A DNA stretch of 62,116 bases, filler included, from Asterionella formosa (Eukaryota), in assembly GCA_002256025.1 (NCBI GenBank). It is 5 parts of 5 records of this genome, joined end to end, with 100 filler letters (N's around TTAATTAATTAA, not from the genome) between each part and the next. Parts side by side here need not be neighbours in the genome. Positions count along the whole stretch, not along the records: positions 1 to 12,356 come from NKIB01007588.1; 4 more parts are not named here. The stretch is one strand, 5' to 3'. Below, piece by piece: positions 1 to 11,900 of this stretch. The position numbers and the translations under genes are program-made. The notes under the pieces were generated by a model. It saw only the letters and a program-made list of their open reading frames with translations. It ran no database searches and was not told the origin of the DNA. The first letter of the stretch is position 1. Each line of letters begins with the position of its first letter.

Positions 1-1689
1 ACAGTCATCCTTGCTTCCACTGTGCTCTGAAACAAGAACAAGGGAAATATTGTGGGACCATGGAACAAAGAAAGAATCAAAGTAACCCAGCAATTCCCTT
101 TGGTTGCTTTCAGGATTTAACAAGTAGGTTCTGGGTAATTATGAGCTTAGTGATTGGTGTATCTATATTAGCTCCTAGTCCAAGGGGACTCACAAGGGTC
201 TTGATGAGAAGGGTATGTACTAGGTGTCAAGAGTCCATGCTAGTTGTCATGTTTTAGCCTAGCATTGGTACGTCTTTTCTAGAGGTACATCTGTACCAAC
301 AGTTATCACGTAACCATTGTACATGGCTATTGGTTAGGAGTGTAAGTACAATTGGAGAACTGCTGGAAGTTGTATAATTTCCAGGAGAGAGCCCAGAGTT
401 TGAGAGATTCTGTAAACTTGGTTTCACCCTTTTTGATTTTTTTGGGTAAAAGCATCATCATAGACAGAGACTGAGAGATTTGGTGGCAATAGGGGGTGGG
501 ACAGGCCGAATGCAATGGCAGGATTCTGTCCAGGAGATGAGATCAGATGTCAGGGTAGTTATACTGATTGGGGGCCATGTTAGAGTGTCCTCTAGGGGGT
601 CATGAGGAGAACTTTGGGCTAAAAACGTCATTTGCAGTGCGGGCTGCAAAACATGTTTGGTCATCATGATTGTGAGTAATGGAAATGGAGTTGCAACAGG
701 GGGCAGAGATCAGTGTATATATATTTATATGCAAGTGGTGATACCACAGTAGTAAAATATAATGCTGTTATGTACAAATGACTTAATTAATTTAATCAAA
801 ATGGATTTATTTTATGCAAGATAGACAATAAGTTCAATCCAAATATTCCTTAGAATTGATGTTCTTATAGTAGATTGAAATGATGTAAACTAAATAGTCC
901 TATTTACTTCTACTTACAGTAACAGTCCCACAAAATCAATTTAAACATTACTATCTGAAAATATTGAAATTGTCCAGCCATGATAATTTTCGCTGGTGGG
1001 CGCCAACAGTTACAAGCTTCAAATTTTGATTTCTAAATAATGGTCAATTCAGGAGATATCTGTTTCTCCTGTGCATGAACAAAAGATTTCAAACATGGAT
1101 GGTAATAAACAAAAGTTCCTGTCCTGCACATGATTGTCAGTTCCAGCAAAATGAGCCCAACTTGCAGGTAAGGCTATGTAGGAAATAAGAATGTATGCAA
1201 ACAACAGCCACCACAACCCTGATAACTTGCATCATTCCTTGTTGTCAAAGCAAAATAAGTACCGGTACATACCAGTATATGTGGCACAATTAGTAAATTT
1301 GTATGTAGTGTGGTTTCTGTTGCTACATCATCTTCTTCATGTGACACATTGTAGATACACGCTGCCATGCACACCACCACCTAGGATGGTGATGTCAGTG
1401 ACATGCGACAAAATGATTGAGATTGGAAAATGTGAAAACATGTACAAAGAAAATTACAAACCAACATGATTATCAGACCAGTGAAAGTTGTGTGTGTGTT
1501 GTATCTAGTATCATTTACGTCACACGGAGATAGATAGTTGAGCAAGGGTATGAGCTTTCCCTTACCAAACTAAATCTAAATTAGCTCACGAGAGCCACTC
1601 ACTCTATTGACTCCATTGGTTTTTCCAAAACAACGGAAACAGCAATCCATTACCCGATGTCAACCCAACAAAAAAGTGGATGAAACGAT

Positions 1690-2324
1690 CTAGTAGTACT
1701 TGCCGTTGGCCTTACCCTGGGCATCGAGGATGCCAGACCAGTAGCTTGCTTCGAAGTTGGCCTTCGCGTTAACATCAACTTGGACCTCAATGTTTCCTCC
1801 CTTCTGGCGGACAGGGTAAGTTGGGACTCCAGATGGGTCAAAGAGACCTCCAAGGAGCTTTCCAATTCCGGTAGGGCACCAGGTCACAACATCTCCAGTC
1901 TTCAAGGAGAACTTGGTTCCGAGAACTGGGTCCTGGATGGTTCCGTCATTGTTGACTTTTCCGAAAGAAAGCGGCTGGCCGACAGGAGGGCACTTGTCTC
2001 CAAGGGCGTAAACGGATCCCTTTGGGTCAACAGCAATGCAGATAGCAAGTCCTCCAGCAACACCGGAGGTGGCTCCGCCAGGCTTTGGGAGGTCCTTGAG
2101 GGAAATGCAAGGAACGTACGCTGGCTTGGCTGGAAGAAGGGCCATGTTGAGGGCGGATCCACTCTGGACCTTAACGAGAGAAATCCCAAATTGTTAGTGC
2201 TCCCATAAGTGGCAAGGGGTGAACGCGCTTTCCCGCTCCACATTCTACTTACAAAGGCCTTCGTTGGGACACCGGTGAAGGCGGCGCTAGTGGCGAAAAG
2301 AGTGGCAAAGATAGCGAGCTTCAT
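1690..2324 (-). CDS. Plastid-targeted Rieske-like domain protein lacking the canonical 2Fe-2S ligands (2 exons, ~183 aa)
   Basis: Exon 1 2324-2253 encodes MKLAIFATLFATSAAFTG (signal peptide with ASAFAP-like site). Intron 2252-2170 has GTAAGT donor, CTAAC branch point and AG. Exon 2 2169-1690 stays in frame with Rieske-fold motifs VYALGDKCPP, DGTIQDP, FSLKTG..WCP. Confidence 0.85.
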
Positions 2325-2926
2325 CTTTAAATCTTTATCTGCGAGTAAGCAGGGAGGGTGAGATCAATCAACTATGCTGCGTCTGCTCCGCGTCTACAGT
2401 GGAGGAGATGCAAGGGAACAAATTCAAGGATATTACAACGAAGTTTCGCCGAGTGAAATCTCATCTGCAACGTGTGTCCGTCAATCGCTACCAGTAGTAC
2501 CGGTAGTCACAGCGAAGAATGATGTCACGATATCCCAATGGCGTCTGTGGACTCCACGCATGTTACGCTTCGCGTCTTCCTCATCCAAACAAGCTCGCTG
2601 ACTTTCCCAAATCCAATATTCTCAATTCTTTATTGCGTCTTGTTGCATCGGCCTTGGTCATCTCGCTCAACGAAAAATCACATCGTCAATACACACCTTC
2701 CGGAAATGGCTGTTATGCCGTAGAGCTGCGGGGAGGAAGAGAACGTGTTGAATTAGCTGCGGGGAATCCAACGTACTCGTATACTAAGAAAGATTGAAGT
2801 GGGCTTTGCCGATCTTTTTGCTTCAAAGGGCCTGGCAGCTGTACGTTTCATCAAGTCGAACTAGTCCTTTCACCACCTGTTGGAACCTGCGAACACCAAG
2901 CCACAGGAAAGAAACTACGGTACAAG

Positions 2927-3765
2927 TTACCTGGTACCTGGTACCAGGTACCGGTAGCCACCACTGCTTTGCATGCTGAGCGATTGGTACCAGGGGTATT
3001 TAGTACCTGGTACCCTGGTACCAGTAGTTTACCATGTATGATATTGTAACTATGTTACCGGTATGAATATACCGGTACCTGGTAGAAATGTTGATATCAC
3101 CATACCTATCATGCCTGACACCTGGTATATCAGGTCCATGTAGTGCGTACCTGCAAGTTGCGGTCATTTTCCTTGAACACACAATTTATTCTTTGTATTT
3201 CATAGGATAAAGAAAGTTAAATGTTTAATTGAGCAAATTTTCCGCAATTTGCTTGGTACCGGCATGGGGATTAATGTATCAGCCATGGCTTATATGCATG
3301 TTTGTACTAGTATGATTGTTTCCGGCTACAAATAGCCCTGTACAATACAAAAGGATCCAGTATGGAGTACCCTGGTACCAGGTACCATGTCCTGTTGCGT
3401 AGTAGAATCTACAGCATCATACACCAATTACGTGAGATCCTTGAACTTCTTGATATTGGCTGGTCACCAGGTACCGGTAGGAGTGACAGGATACGAAGTC
3501 CTGGTACCTGGTACCTGGTACCAGTCAGTTAGGAGTACCGGTGGCAGGTACTGGTACCTGTACCTGTACCTAGTACTCGACCACGTTTAGCCGCACCGGT
3601 ATACGACATGTCATGCGTTGCTTACTATTCCACGGGGTGGCAGATGGGGAGGAATTTAATCAAGAAGTTCCCTCGGTGCAAGGTACCTGGTACCTGGTCC
3701 CCAGAGGAACCCTGGTGATGATGGTCATCAGGATTTCGATGTGTTAGAGTTACGGTACCAGGGTA
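2927..3765. repeat. Cluster of GGTACC-cored (TACCTGG/CCAGGTA) short repeat arrays
   Basis: Runs such as tacctggtacctggtaccaggtaccggta at ~2928-2956, ~3003-3023, ~3367-3386, ~3500-3570 and ~3682-3698. Confidence 0.85.
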
Positions 3766-3879
3766 CTCCACCACATTCATACCACAAACAACCCATCAGG
3801 TCAACCAGATAGTGGCACCAGCGTCTATTCCTCCATTGTCTGCCATCGTTCTATCGTTCGGAGAAGAGGGCTACTCACC

Positions 3880-4830
3880 ATGAAGGAGATCTCTCGCGCA
3901 CTCGCATTGACGGTGTTCATGACATTGGGTTTGACCAGTTACTCCTTTGCTCCGTCATCGAAACGAACCTCCTTGTCGCGATCAATTCAGTTTGTTAACC
4001 CTCGGAGGCAACTCAAGACTTCACTAAATATGGGCTTGGATCTTGTCACGTATCTTAGACTTGAATGGATTTCGGCAGCTTTATGTACAAACCAGACTCC
4101 TCGATCCGCTGACGTGTGTCTACAACTTGGAACTGAAGACGGTCGCGCAGTGACCTTCATTCCGAGAACGATTCGGGAGCTCATCACTTCATCCGCAGAG
4201 AAAGATGGAAAATTAACAGTGACTGCCCGTAGACAGCTCAAACAACAGGCAGATCGTCGACAAGCTGCGATTGTAAAATATTGTGATCAACCTGCGGACG
4301 ATTTGAAAGAAGTGCCAGATGAGAGTGTTGATGTTGTCATTTCGATGCAAGCTGCAGCTAGAATGATGGAAAATGGACAAGATTGGAAAAAGAGTGTCCG
4401 CGAGTCTGCTCGTGTGTTGAAGCCTGGCGGTAGATTGCTCTTCGTGGAGCAAACTGAACTAAATGGAGAAAGTTATGGCGACTACCTCAATAATCTGTAC
4501 ACTGCGGTTGAAGCTCCCCCTGGCGAAACCAAGGCTGTTACAGTTGACGACGAACCGGTTATCGGCGAAGAAGATCTTGAGTACTACCCGGTTTTTGAAG
4601 AGCTAAGTTTCGATAATTGTGATTTGGTGTTGACTCCTCATATTGCTGGTGTTGCCATGAAGTCTCAGGATGCGGCGTTGACTGCAGAGGAGCGACTTAA
4701 GAGGGACAAGCAAGACGAAGAAGATCGTATTGCTGATTTGTCACTCACAGCTTTTGAACGCGGACTGAAGAAACGACGAAGAAAGAAGAAGAAGGTGCAG
4801 AAAGTTGAAGGGGAAGTTAGCAAAAAATGA
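3880..4830 (+). CDS. Plastid-targeted class I SAM-dependent methyltransferase-like protein (type 11-like)
   Basis: 316-aa ORF with signal peptide and SYS-FAP motif. Contains VPDESVDVVIS and ARVLKPGGRLLFVEQ motifs. Motif I is degenerate (LQLGTEDG). Confidence 0.8.
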   Translation: MKEISRALALTVFMTLGLTSYSFAPSSKRTSLSRSIQFVNPRRQLKTSLNMGLDLVTYLRLEWISAALCTNQTPRSADVCLQLGTEDGRAVTFIPRTIRELITSSAEKDGKLTVTARRQLKQQADRRQAAIVKYCDQPADDLKEVPDESVDVVISMQAAARMMENGQDWKKSVRESARVLKPGGRLLFVEQTELNGESYGDYLNNLYTAVEAPPGETKAVTVDDEPVIGEEDLEYYPVFEELSFDNCDLVLTPHIAGVAMKSQDAALTAEERLKRDKQDEEDRIADLSLTAFERGLKKRRRKKKKVQKVEGEVSKK

Positions 4831-5353
4831 GCTTAAGTTATAGACTTCAACTTCCCTCAAAATGAGCAAATAGTCGCAAAGTTTTACTCGCCCCATCTTT
4901 GAAAAAATCAAAACCTAGCCCAACTCACTTTTGGAACAGTTAACATAAGGTCATCTACAATATGAGAACTATCCCCCAGTGATTGCATCACCTGAACAAG
5001 ACCATACAATTCCTTGTATTTCTCAAAATTAGGAAAGCATATAGGGGATTGCATTCAAATCTCAGGTCTGAACAAGTTGGAAACAAGAAAATAGCAGTTG
5101 TGATTGTCATTTTGTCCAAGAAGGAGTACCTGTGGGAGAAAATGCTTTGCACTATGAAACTCCTTTGTTGTAAGCCATTGTAGTGATTGTATGAACCTCA
5201 CCATCTGGTGCTTGATGATGGCAATTTTAATGGCTGGTGTTGATGGCAGCTTCCAACTCCAGAATTACAAACCTTCTGTTGTTTGCTCTGATTTTCACCT
5301 TGAAAAAATAATCATCCAGTTGGACTCTTCCAAGGTAGCATCATCATTTGAAG

Positions 5354-5434
5354 TTAAGGCTTAGGGGTTGGGGCTAGGGTTAGGGTTAGGGTTAGGGGGA
5401 CGAAATATCGAAATCATGGGGGGGACGAAATGTC
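5354..5434 (+). repeat. Interstitial telomere-like (TTAGGG)n followed by a duplicated GGGGGACGAAAT motif
   Basis: Three perfect TTAGGG at 5380-5397, preceded by degenerate units. GGGGGACGAAAT at ~5395 and ~5420. Confidence 0.75.
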
Positions 5435-5635
5435 ATTTTCCTATTTATTTTAGACAATAACAATACAGTAATGAGGTATGCAGTTGCCGGGTACCGTACC
5501 TGTTACCAGTACCGGTAGTCTCCTTGGTCTACGCAAGCCTACTAATAGGACCCGCCTTACATTATACCGGTATTCTGGCTGCGGCTGTGCATGAGAGCGA
5601 CCATTGACGTGTCCTCACCCCCAGTGTACGTGTCC

Positions 5636-5712
5636 CCGGTACCTGGTACCAGGTACCAGGTACCATACACCAGATAACCTGGTACCAGGTACCGGTACCA
5701 GGTACCAGGAAC
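5636..5712. repeat. GGTACC-cored heptamer array upstream of the RING gene
   Basis: ccggtacctggtaccaggtaccaggtacc...cctggtaccaggtaccggtaccaggtaccagg. Confidence 0.85.
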
Positions 5713-5854
5713 CAGGGTATTACAAACATGCCTGTCTAACATGCTCTCAGTGCCTGTCGTAGAACAAGCAACATCAACGGTATCTCAAATAGCACATCAC
5801 TTCGTATGTCTTTGCCCTTACTACCCCCTACTTCATTTTCTCGACGATCTTGTT

Positions 5855-7192
5855 ATGGCGTCCTCGCAATTCGACTCAGAAATGGCGGAGGAACGACATG
5901 ATAGAGCAGAAGAAAGTGTGAAAGGGACTTTGATGCTTCATGGACTGAGTGGCCTTCAGTCGTCAGAGGAAGCCACGATCGAGATTTTCGACGGAGACTC
6001 AGTCTCGTTCGACCCGTCTGGTGGCGCCATAGACCTTTTCTCAGTGAGAAATGATGCTGCTAGTTATGATTCTGGCACAATTCTTTCATCAGTGGCATCA
6101 ATCGCTGCTGAGACAGGGATTCGGCTTCCTTTTGTAGACCAGCCCCATGACTTCTGGGCAGTCTCGCCGAATGCAATTCCGACTGCGGGGAGCACTTTGT
6201 CCATAACTACCACAGAGTCACTGTATCATGATATGATATCGATTGGCAGCCCGAACACCGATGACGCATCAGTGGCTGATTCTTTCTTGTCACTAGGCCC
6301 ATCCATGCAAGAATGTTCTAGTGTGGCGTATGCATCGACATCGCATTCAATATTTTCGGATGTTGGTAAAGTTTCTGACACTGGTTGTGCTCTACATATT
6401 CACGATCGCGCAGCATTCGTCAATGTGGCGGACAGACTACGGGTGTCTGCGCATCCCAACCATGGAATAGAATGGTTTTCACGTTTTACTGAACAAGATT
6501 GGATGGAGTTTCGATCAAACGCCGAAATGATTCTGAGAGCTCTTGAAACACCGAGGGCTAGCTCGCGGATGGTGCTACTGCCTCCTGAAGCGCCTCGCGG
6601 GGCACTATTTAATTCAGGAGGACGGGATGGTGTAGTAGAATCTGGAGATATCTTGCCAAGGGCATTCATATGCAATTTATGTAACGATCTTATTGTTGGT
6701 GCCACATCGTTATCCTGTGCATGCCCCAAGTCAACAATTTGTACTCAATGTTGGGAATCTCATATCACAGTCTGTGAGGAACAGCTCTCCGATGGATTTA
6801 TCTTTGTAGATCAGATATGGCGTTGTCCCTTTTGCGACACGTTAGAAATGGTCACAGCAATTTCTTGCCACGCCATTGACGTTGCTGTTCTACACGTGGT
6901 CAAGGCATTACCAGCCAATCTCGCCATCAAAGGTCGATACTACGAGCGACTCAATGCATGGCGCGATGAAGTGATTCGGCGCCAATCGCAACTCCCCCGT
7001 ACAGAATGCTACCAAGGCAATGACCAGCTGCTAGCTGAACTCATTCAGCAGGAAGAAAAGTATCTGTGGAATACCAAGCGCAGATTTTGGCAGACGCCAC
7101 TTGGACATTTTCTCAGCGAGTTAGCGATTGCGATTGCTGCTGCATCGATTGCGTCTGTCGGTCTCACTGTGATGACTAGTAGACGGTCGTAA
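5855..7192 (+). CDS. RING-like (C4C4) zinc-finger protein with C-terminal transmembrane helix
   Basis: The ORF is open from ATG 5741; the likelier start is ATG 5855. Cys pattern CNLC..CAC..CTQC..CPFC. Hydrophobic C-terminal segment LAIAIAAASIASVGLTV followed by a short basic tail. Confidence 0.7.
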   Translation: MASSQFDSEMAEERHDRAEESVKGTLMLHGLSGLQSSEEATIEIFDGDSVSFDPSGGAIDLFSVRNDAASYDSGTILSSVASIAAETGIRLPFVDQPHDFWAVSPNAIPTAGSTLSITTTESLYHDMISIGSPNTDDASVADSFLSLGPSMQECSSVAYASTSHSIFSDVGKVSDTGCALHIHDRAAFVNVADRLRVSAHPNHGIEWFSRFTEQDWMEFRSNAEMILRALETPRASSRMVLLPPEAPRGALFNSGGRDGVVESGDILPRAFICNLCNDLIVGATSLSCACPKSTICTQCWESHITVCEEQLSDGFIFVDQIWRCPFCDTLEMVTAISCHAIDVAVLHVVKALPANLAIKGRYYERLNAWRDEVIRRQSQLPRTECYQGNDQLLAELIQQEEKYLWNTKRRFWQTPLGHFLSELAIAIAAASIASVGLTVMTSRRS

Positions 7193-7290
7193 CCAATGCC
7201 AATGTACCTATATAAGTTTATGGATGCTGAACATAAAGTGCAAACCATGTCAAGATATCGTAACTACCTTACTATTGCAGCGCTTGTTAT

Positions 7291-8360
7291 TCAAAGCTCG
7301 TCTCCAGCTTCACCTCTGACACCATACACTGCATTTTCTACCCAGAGAGGTAGATCGAATGCGCTTTGCTGAAGCTTTGCCTGATAATAGGTTGTGCCTC
7401 CTCTAATTTGTTGAATGGTTTCCCAACGTTTTGTCACTTCATCCATTGTTGCAGCGACTAAGGGATTCTTTTCACAAAGCAAAAACCCAATCTGGCCAGT
7501 TGTATAAGAGCTTACCATCAATGATCCATACCGTGCCTGTCCAAATCCCACTCTAAGTATTTGTTCACGCCAGTTCTTAATTCCGACGAGATCAGAAGGA
7601 ATGTTGAAGCTTTCGGACTAATGCAGTGACACGACATGAGACAACAAGACTTCTACTTCACATATCCCAATCAATCCCTATAACAACCACGTACCTGAAA
7701 GTTGAAAATACCATTATCAGTGAGAATGCGATAAATGTTTTGAAAATGATGTTCAGCATAAAGTACACTGGAGGGAAGCTTGATCTGTCTTCCTGATTCG
7801 TCCCAGGTCCAAGGATCGGAAGAATCCTGAATAATAACATCGTAGAAACCGGTGGAAGCCAGCGAAACGAATGCAGCCCCATCGCCAATATGCAGAGTCA
7901 CTCTAGGGTCACTCCAAGCTGCACCCCATGAAAAGTGCTCCTTGCATATTTCTATGACATCGTTGTCTAAATCAACATGATCCACGTGTTCGAGACTCTG
8001 ATGCTTCAAGACTTCGCTCAGTACATATCCATCGCCGCCTCCGATCACCAAAGCTCGCTTCGGTTGCCCATGCTGCATCATTGCCACGTGTGCCATCATT
8101 TCATTGTACGAATTTGCATCTCGCTCCGTCAATTGCACAACTCCATCCAATACAAGTATCTTTCCATAGTATTTCGACTCGTGTACTTCTATCTTCTGAT
8201 ACTTGGATATCGTTGTAGTCAAGGGTGACTTGTCTGTCACTGTAATGGACTGGTAGAAGCCAGTTTCTTCTTCCCATGCACCAATTGACTTGTTAGCAAT
8301 CACAACAGTAACTGAGCGCACTAGCAGGAAGACAACAGCGGAGAAAACAACGTGAACCAT
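7291..8360 (-). CDS. Spermidine synthase-like aminopropyltransferase with N-terminal signal peptide (2 exons, ~330 aa)
   Basis: Exon 1 8360-7695, intron 7694-7618 (GTACGT..TAG), exon 2 7617-7291 in frame. Motifs SKYQKI, LVLDGVVQLTERD, YNEMMAH, LVIGGGDG, YDVIIQDSSDP, YTTGQIGF. Confidence 0.92.
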
Positions 8361-8472
8361 AGTAAGCGGTGACAAGCGGAAATGCGGAAATGCGGAAATG
8401 AGCCGCCAAAGAAGAATCACGCGTGACGATGTTTGTTCGGCTTACATCAATTGTAATGTGCATACCGGTATT

Positions 8473-8970
8473 TGTTGAAATGGTCCGTACTCCTTCCCTC
8501 GAGCTGAGTCTCTCTCCACGTAGACCTTTACGTGCTCGTAGTACTACCTAGCACCACTTACTTTCTTTCTTGTCTCTGCTTTCTAGCCTTCCTGCTAGAT
8601 AGCCTAATTGACCTTCCTGTCAATTAACACACTGTTTCCTTGGTTGATAATCTAAACTCAAATTAAATTATAAGCTAAACTAAATATTTCCTCTCCATGC
8701 ATCTTTGCTTGGCCTGCAAAGTTGTTCTAAGACTCTCTTTGAGTTTCCACTTGACATTTCCATAGAAATCTTCAAATCTTTGATCTTGTTAGACAGCTGA
8801 TTGACATGGCAATGCAATATTTGACTCGTTTGATTACAATCAAGTCCACAATCCTTGTGACTTGGGCTAATATTCTTGACATCCTCCCCATTGCCATGCT
8901 CAAGAGGCTGTAACATCTTTCCACTCTGAACTGGTTCTGACAATGTTGTGTGAATCTGTTCCTTCACATT
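8473..8970 (-). mobile_element. 3' fragment of a Ty1/Copia element: pol end, polypurine tract and 409-bp 3' LTR
   Basis: On the minus strand, TGGGGAGGA (PPT, 8890-8882) directly precedes TGTCAAG at 8881, and the LTR ends TTTCAACA at 8473. Homologous to the solo LTR at 30619-30998. Confidence 0.75.
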
Positions 8971-11900
8971 CGTCTGTAAATATAAACTATCATGAATATA
9001 TGATCAAGGGTATCGTATGCTAAGTGGCACAGGATTTTTACATGTATGATAGTTTTTCGATCAAAAGTATGATCAATGTATCATATAATTATGATCATGC
9101 AGTAAACCTTTACCGAGCTTGAAGTATGATGATACTATCATAGTTATAATACCATTGCATCATATAATTAGTTAAACATGGTCATATGATGTGTATACTT
9201 TTGTCATACATCTATCTTAGCATGATCGTAATTCTCATCGATATCACTGTCTAAAATAGGATGAAATTGATCGAAATTTAGAACTATATTTAAGAATGGT
9301 TTTATGTTTCTATATCTTGAGTGGCTACAGAATGTTCTACAATGCTCTCATCGCAATGATTGGTGCTTCAGCTTTCACTTCCACCTTCCCCCCAATCCAA
9401 TTCTGAAGGTTGTTGTACAAGGGGTTGCATTGCCGTTGTTCCCCTGCCTGCTTTGTTCCTCCATTTACTCTTGACGGATCTGAGTTTGCATTCACGCACT
9501 ATTGAATCTGTTTCATTGTTCCAATCAGCCATACTAACAAAGAGAAGCAATTCATTTTTAGCTGTTCATATTTTGCTTACACAACAACATGCATTTCGCT
9601 TCTATCTTGCTTCACTTACCACAAATTGAGGAAGTAGCTAACGGATGCATATTTCTGTAAAAGAATGTGCGCATCAGCTGAAGATTGAATGAGAAAGGAT
9701 CGATCCATAAATGGGCTCCAACACTGCTGTTTGTAACTTACAAATACTGTTTGTCTACATTATCCTGAAAGAAGCAACACATATGTGTCAGTTTTTCTAA
9801 CAGTTGTGGATTGATCCAATGATGGCTGATAGGCAGCACTTACCGATTTCTTTTGTCCACATTGATGGTTGGCCAGCCACCAAATCGAAAAGGAGCTATT
9901 GAATCACTCAAAAGGGACGAGTCATTCCGTTTCCGTATTTTTAATCCCAGCGATTGATCATCTTGGCATTTGCTCTTGACAAACCGTGATGCTATGCACA
10001 ACTTGTTGATTCCGCCCTTCTCCATCATGTTCACTAATTCTTATCGTGCTGTATTGTCACTTCAGTTTTTCGCATCATGTGTTGCTTGAGATCCTTCATT
10101 TCAGGAAGTGTATGCAGCATGACAAGGAACATGAAAGGCATTTGCTCTTGACTTCTTACCATCAATTGATTCCGCCCTTCTCTTCTAAGCCGCAAGTATC
10201 ATTGTGCTGTATGATCATGTGTGATGATCCTTCATTTCAGGAGCAAATTGTATGCATGACAAGGAACATGAAAACATGATTTCAAATGTTTCAGCCATGA
10301 ATACATATATATAAAGATTTGTAAGAAGTTTAAATATATACATAGTTGAACATTTGCATAGCTTTAAACCGCTCATTATACAGCACATCCTGTGTATACT
10401 AATATCAATTTTGATTATACATAGTTCAAATATATACAATGCATGATGAGTTCATAGTTTTCCACGACCTGTTGAATTTTTTCAATTTGTTTTGTATCAA
10501 TTCTTGTACCTACAAGTCAGTGGCTGATTTGATAAAGCCCCCTAATAAACGTGTCATCACCAATTTTTCAAATGGTCGAAATCATACATTTATGTATAAA
10601 GACATATTGACCAAAATTTATATGGCCTACCGGTAGTACTGAGTCTCACAACAAAGTATCAGTTTGTTGATTAAAATTGGACCGTCTTTTGTGCACCCTC
10701 GTTGTGTTTGTACTTGACTTGGCAACTGTCAGCCAAGAGCAGCCATGGTATGCCACCATTTATTGTCTATACAAGTTTCGAATGCATTCAGCTATGATAA
10801 CTTTTGCTCCCCCCTCCTAAACACTATCTCACCATCCTTGTCGTAGATTTTTCTTTATCCTTTGGCTTCACAGGCCCAGGTTACTCAATGCCTTCATCTG
10901 CAAGGAGTTCAGCCAATCAGGCCCACGTTGGCGTCAAGAAAACCTCAACCCCGATTTTCCTCACATGCTCCACCCATTGACTTCTGATGAAGTCGAGGTA
11001 GCTATATTGACGAGGTCAGGTTGTGGCGCAGGCTTGTGTATAGATTGATGATGCCGAAAGCATTGCTTCCTTTTCCCGTAGGTACCTATTTGTCAACATT
11101 GTTTGGTTCAATCCATTCTTGTTCCCGCAAGGAGACCAGAAGCAATTATCCCTTTAATTCTCCTCCCAAGAACCTTCATTTCTCTTTCACAATTGTCCTG
11201 ATGTTTGCAGAGCGTTTTTAGTTCCCTTTTGATTTTCCCACTGGTTTCGATCCCTTTTGCATTCAAGTCAAGAAACAAGCAACTCATTGAGATTTCTGGG
11301 GGTTTTGGTCAGTGGCACCATAAAGCAACAATCAACAAATCATGGCGGCTGTTCTCCATTTTCTGTAGCAAGTGACATTCAAGAAGGGTCTGGGATCATT
11401 GGGGAGAAAAATTAGTAGGATTCTCTGTGTTCGCCCTGCCCATTTGGCAGCCATTCTAACATTGCTTCCTTGCACCAATCAATACTAGATAGTATAGCTA
11501 ATGAAAACCGTAATTAGATGAAATGTGACTTCCGTTTTCTAATATTTTACGTTGTTGCACTACTGAAACTTGAATCCATAAATGGGCATTCAACTTGTGC
11601 TTCTTGCATTTTTGCAGTATAGACTGGCTGGTGAAAATTACGAAACCAGAATCACAGTGTTACTATAAATAGACAGTCTCATGCTTCTTTGTGAATATCG
11701 TCTGCTATGCTGCGTTTCAATTCTAGATGTATTACGTTCTTGTTAGAGAGACGATGTTACAGAGAAGTATATTGTGCTGTTCTATAATGGATGTTGTTTA
11801 GCTACGATTGAGGTTGTAAGAACACTGATTGATGCTCTGGTGACAGACCGGAAATATTCGTCTTGTCTGATGAGCCATTTCGTTTTCATTGGATTTCTTT

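Noticed and set aside
1..1480. Short ORFs at the window start
   Set aside because: No recognisable motifs. CpG-poor and probably an old TE relic that I cannot classify.
2927..3765. GGTACC arrays as a CRISPR array or cloning polylinker
   Set aside because: No constant repeat with regular unique spacers, no cas genes, eukaryotic context, and no other clustered restriction sites.
5380..5397. True chromosome end
   Set aside because: Only three perfect units, with genes continuing on both sides.
8680..8967. Conserved small protein shared with ORF 30800-31003 (SHKDCGLD)
   Set aside because: The similarity reflects homologous LTR DNA bounded by PPT, TG..CA and TSD. No evidence of coding function.
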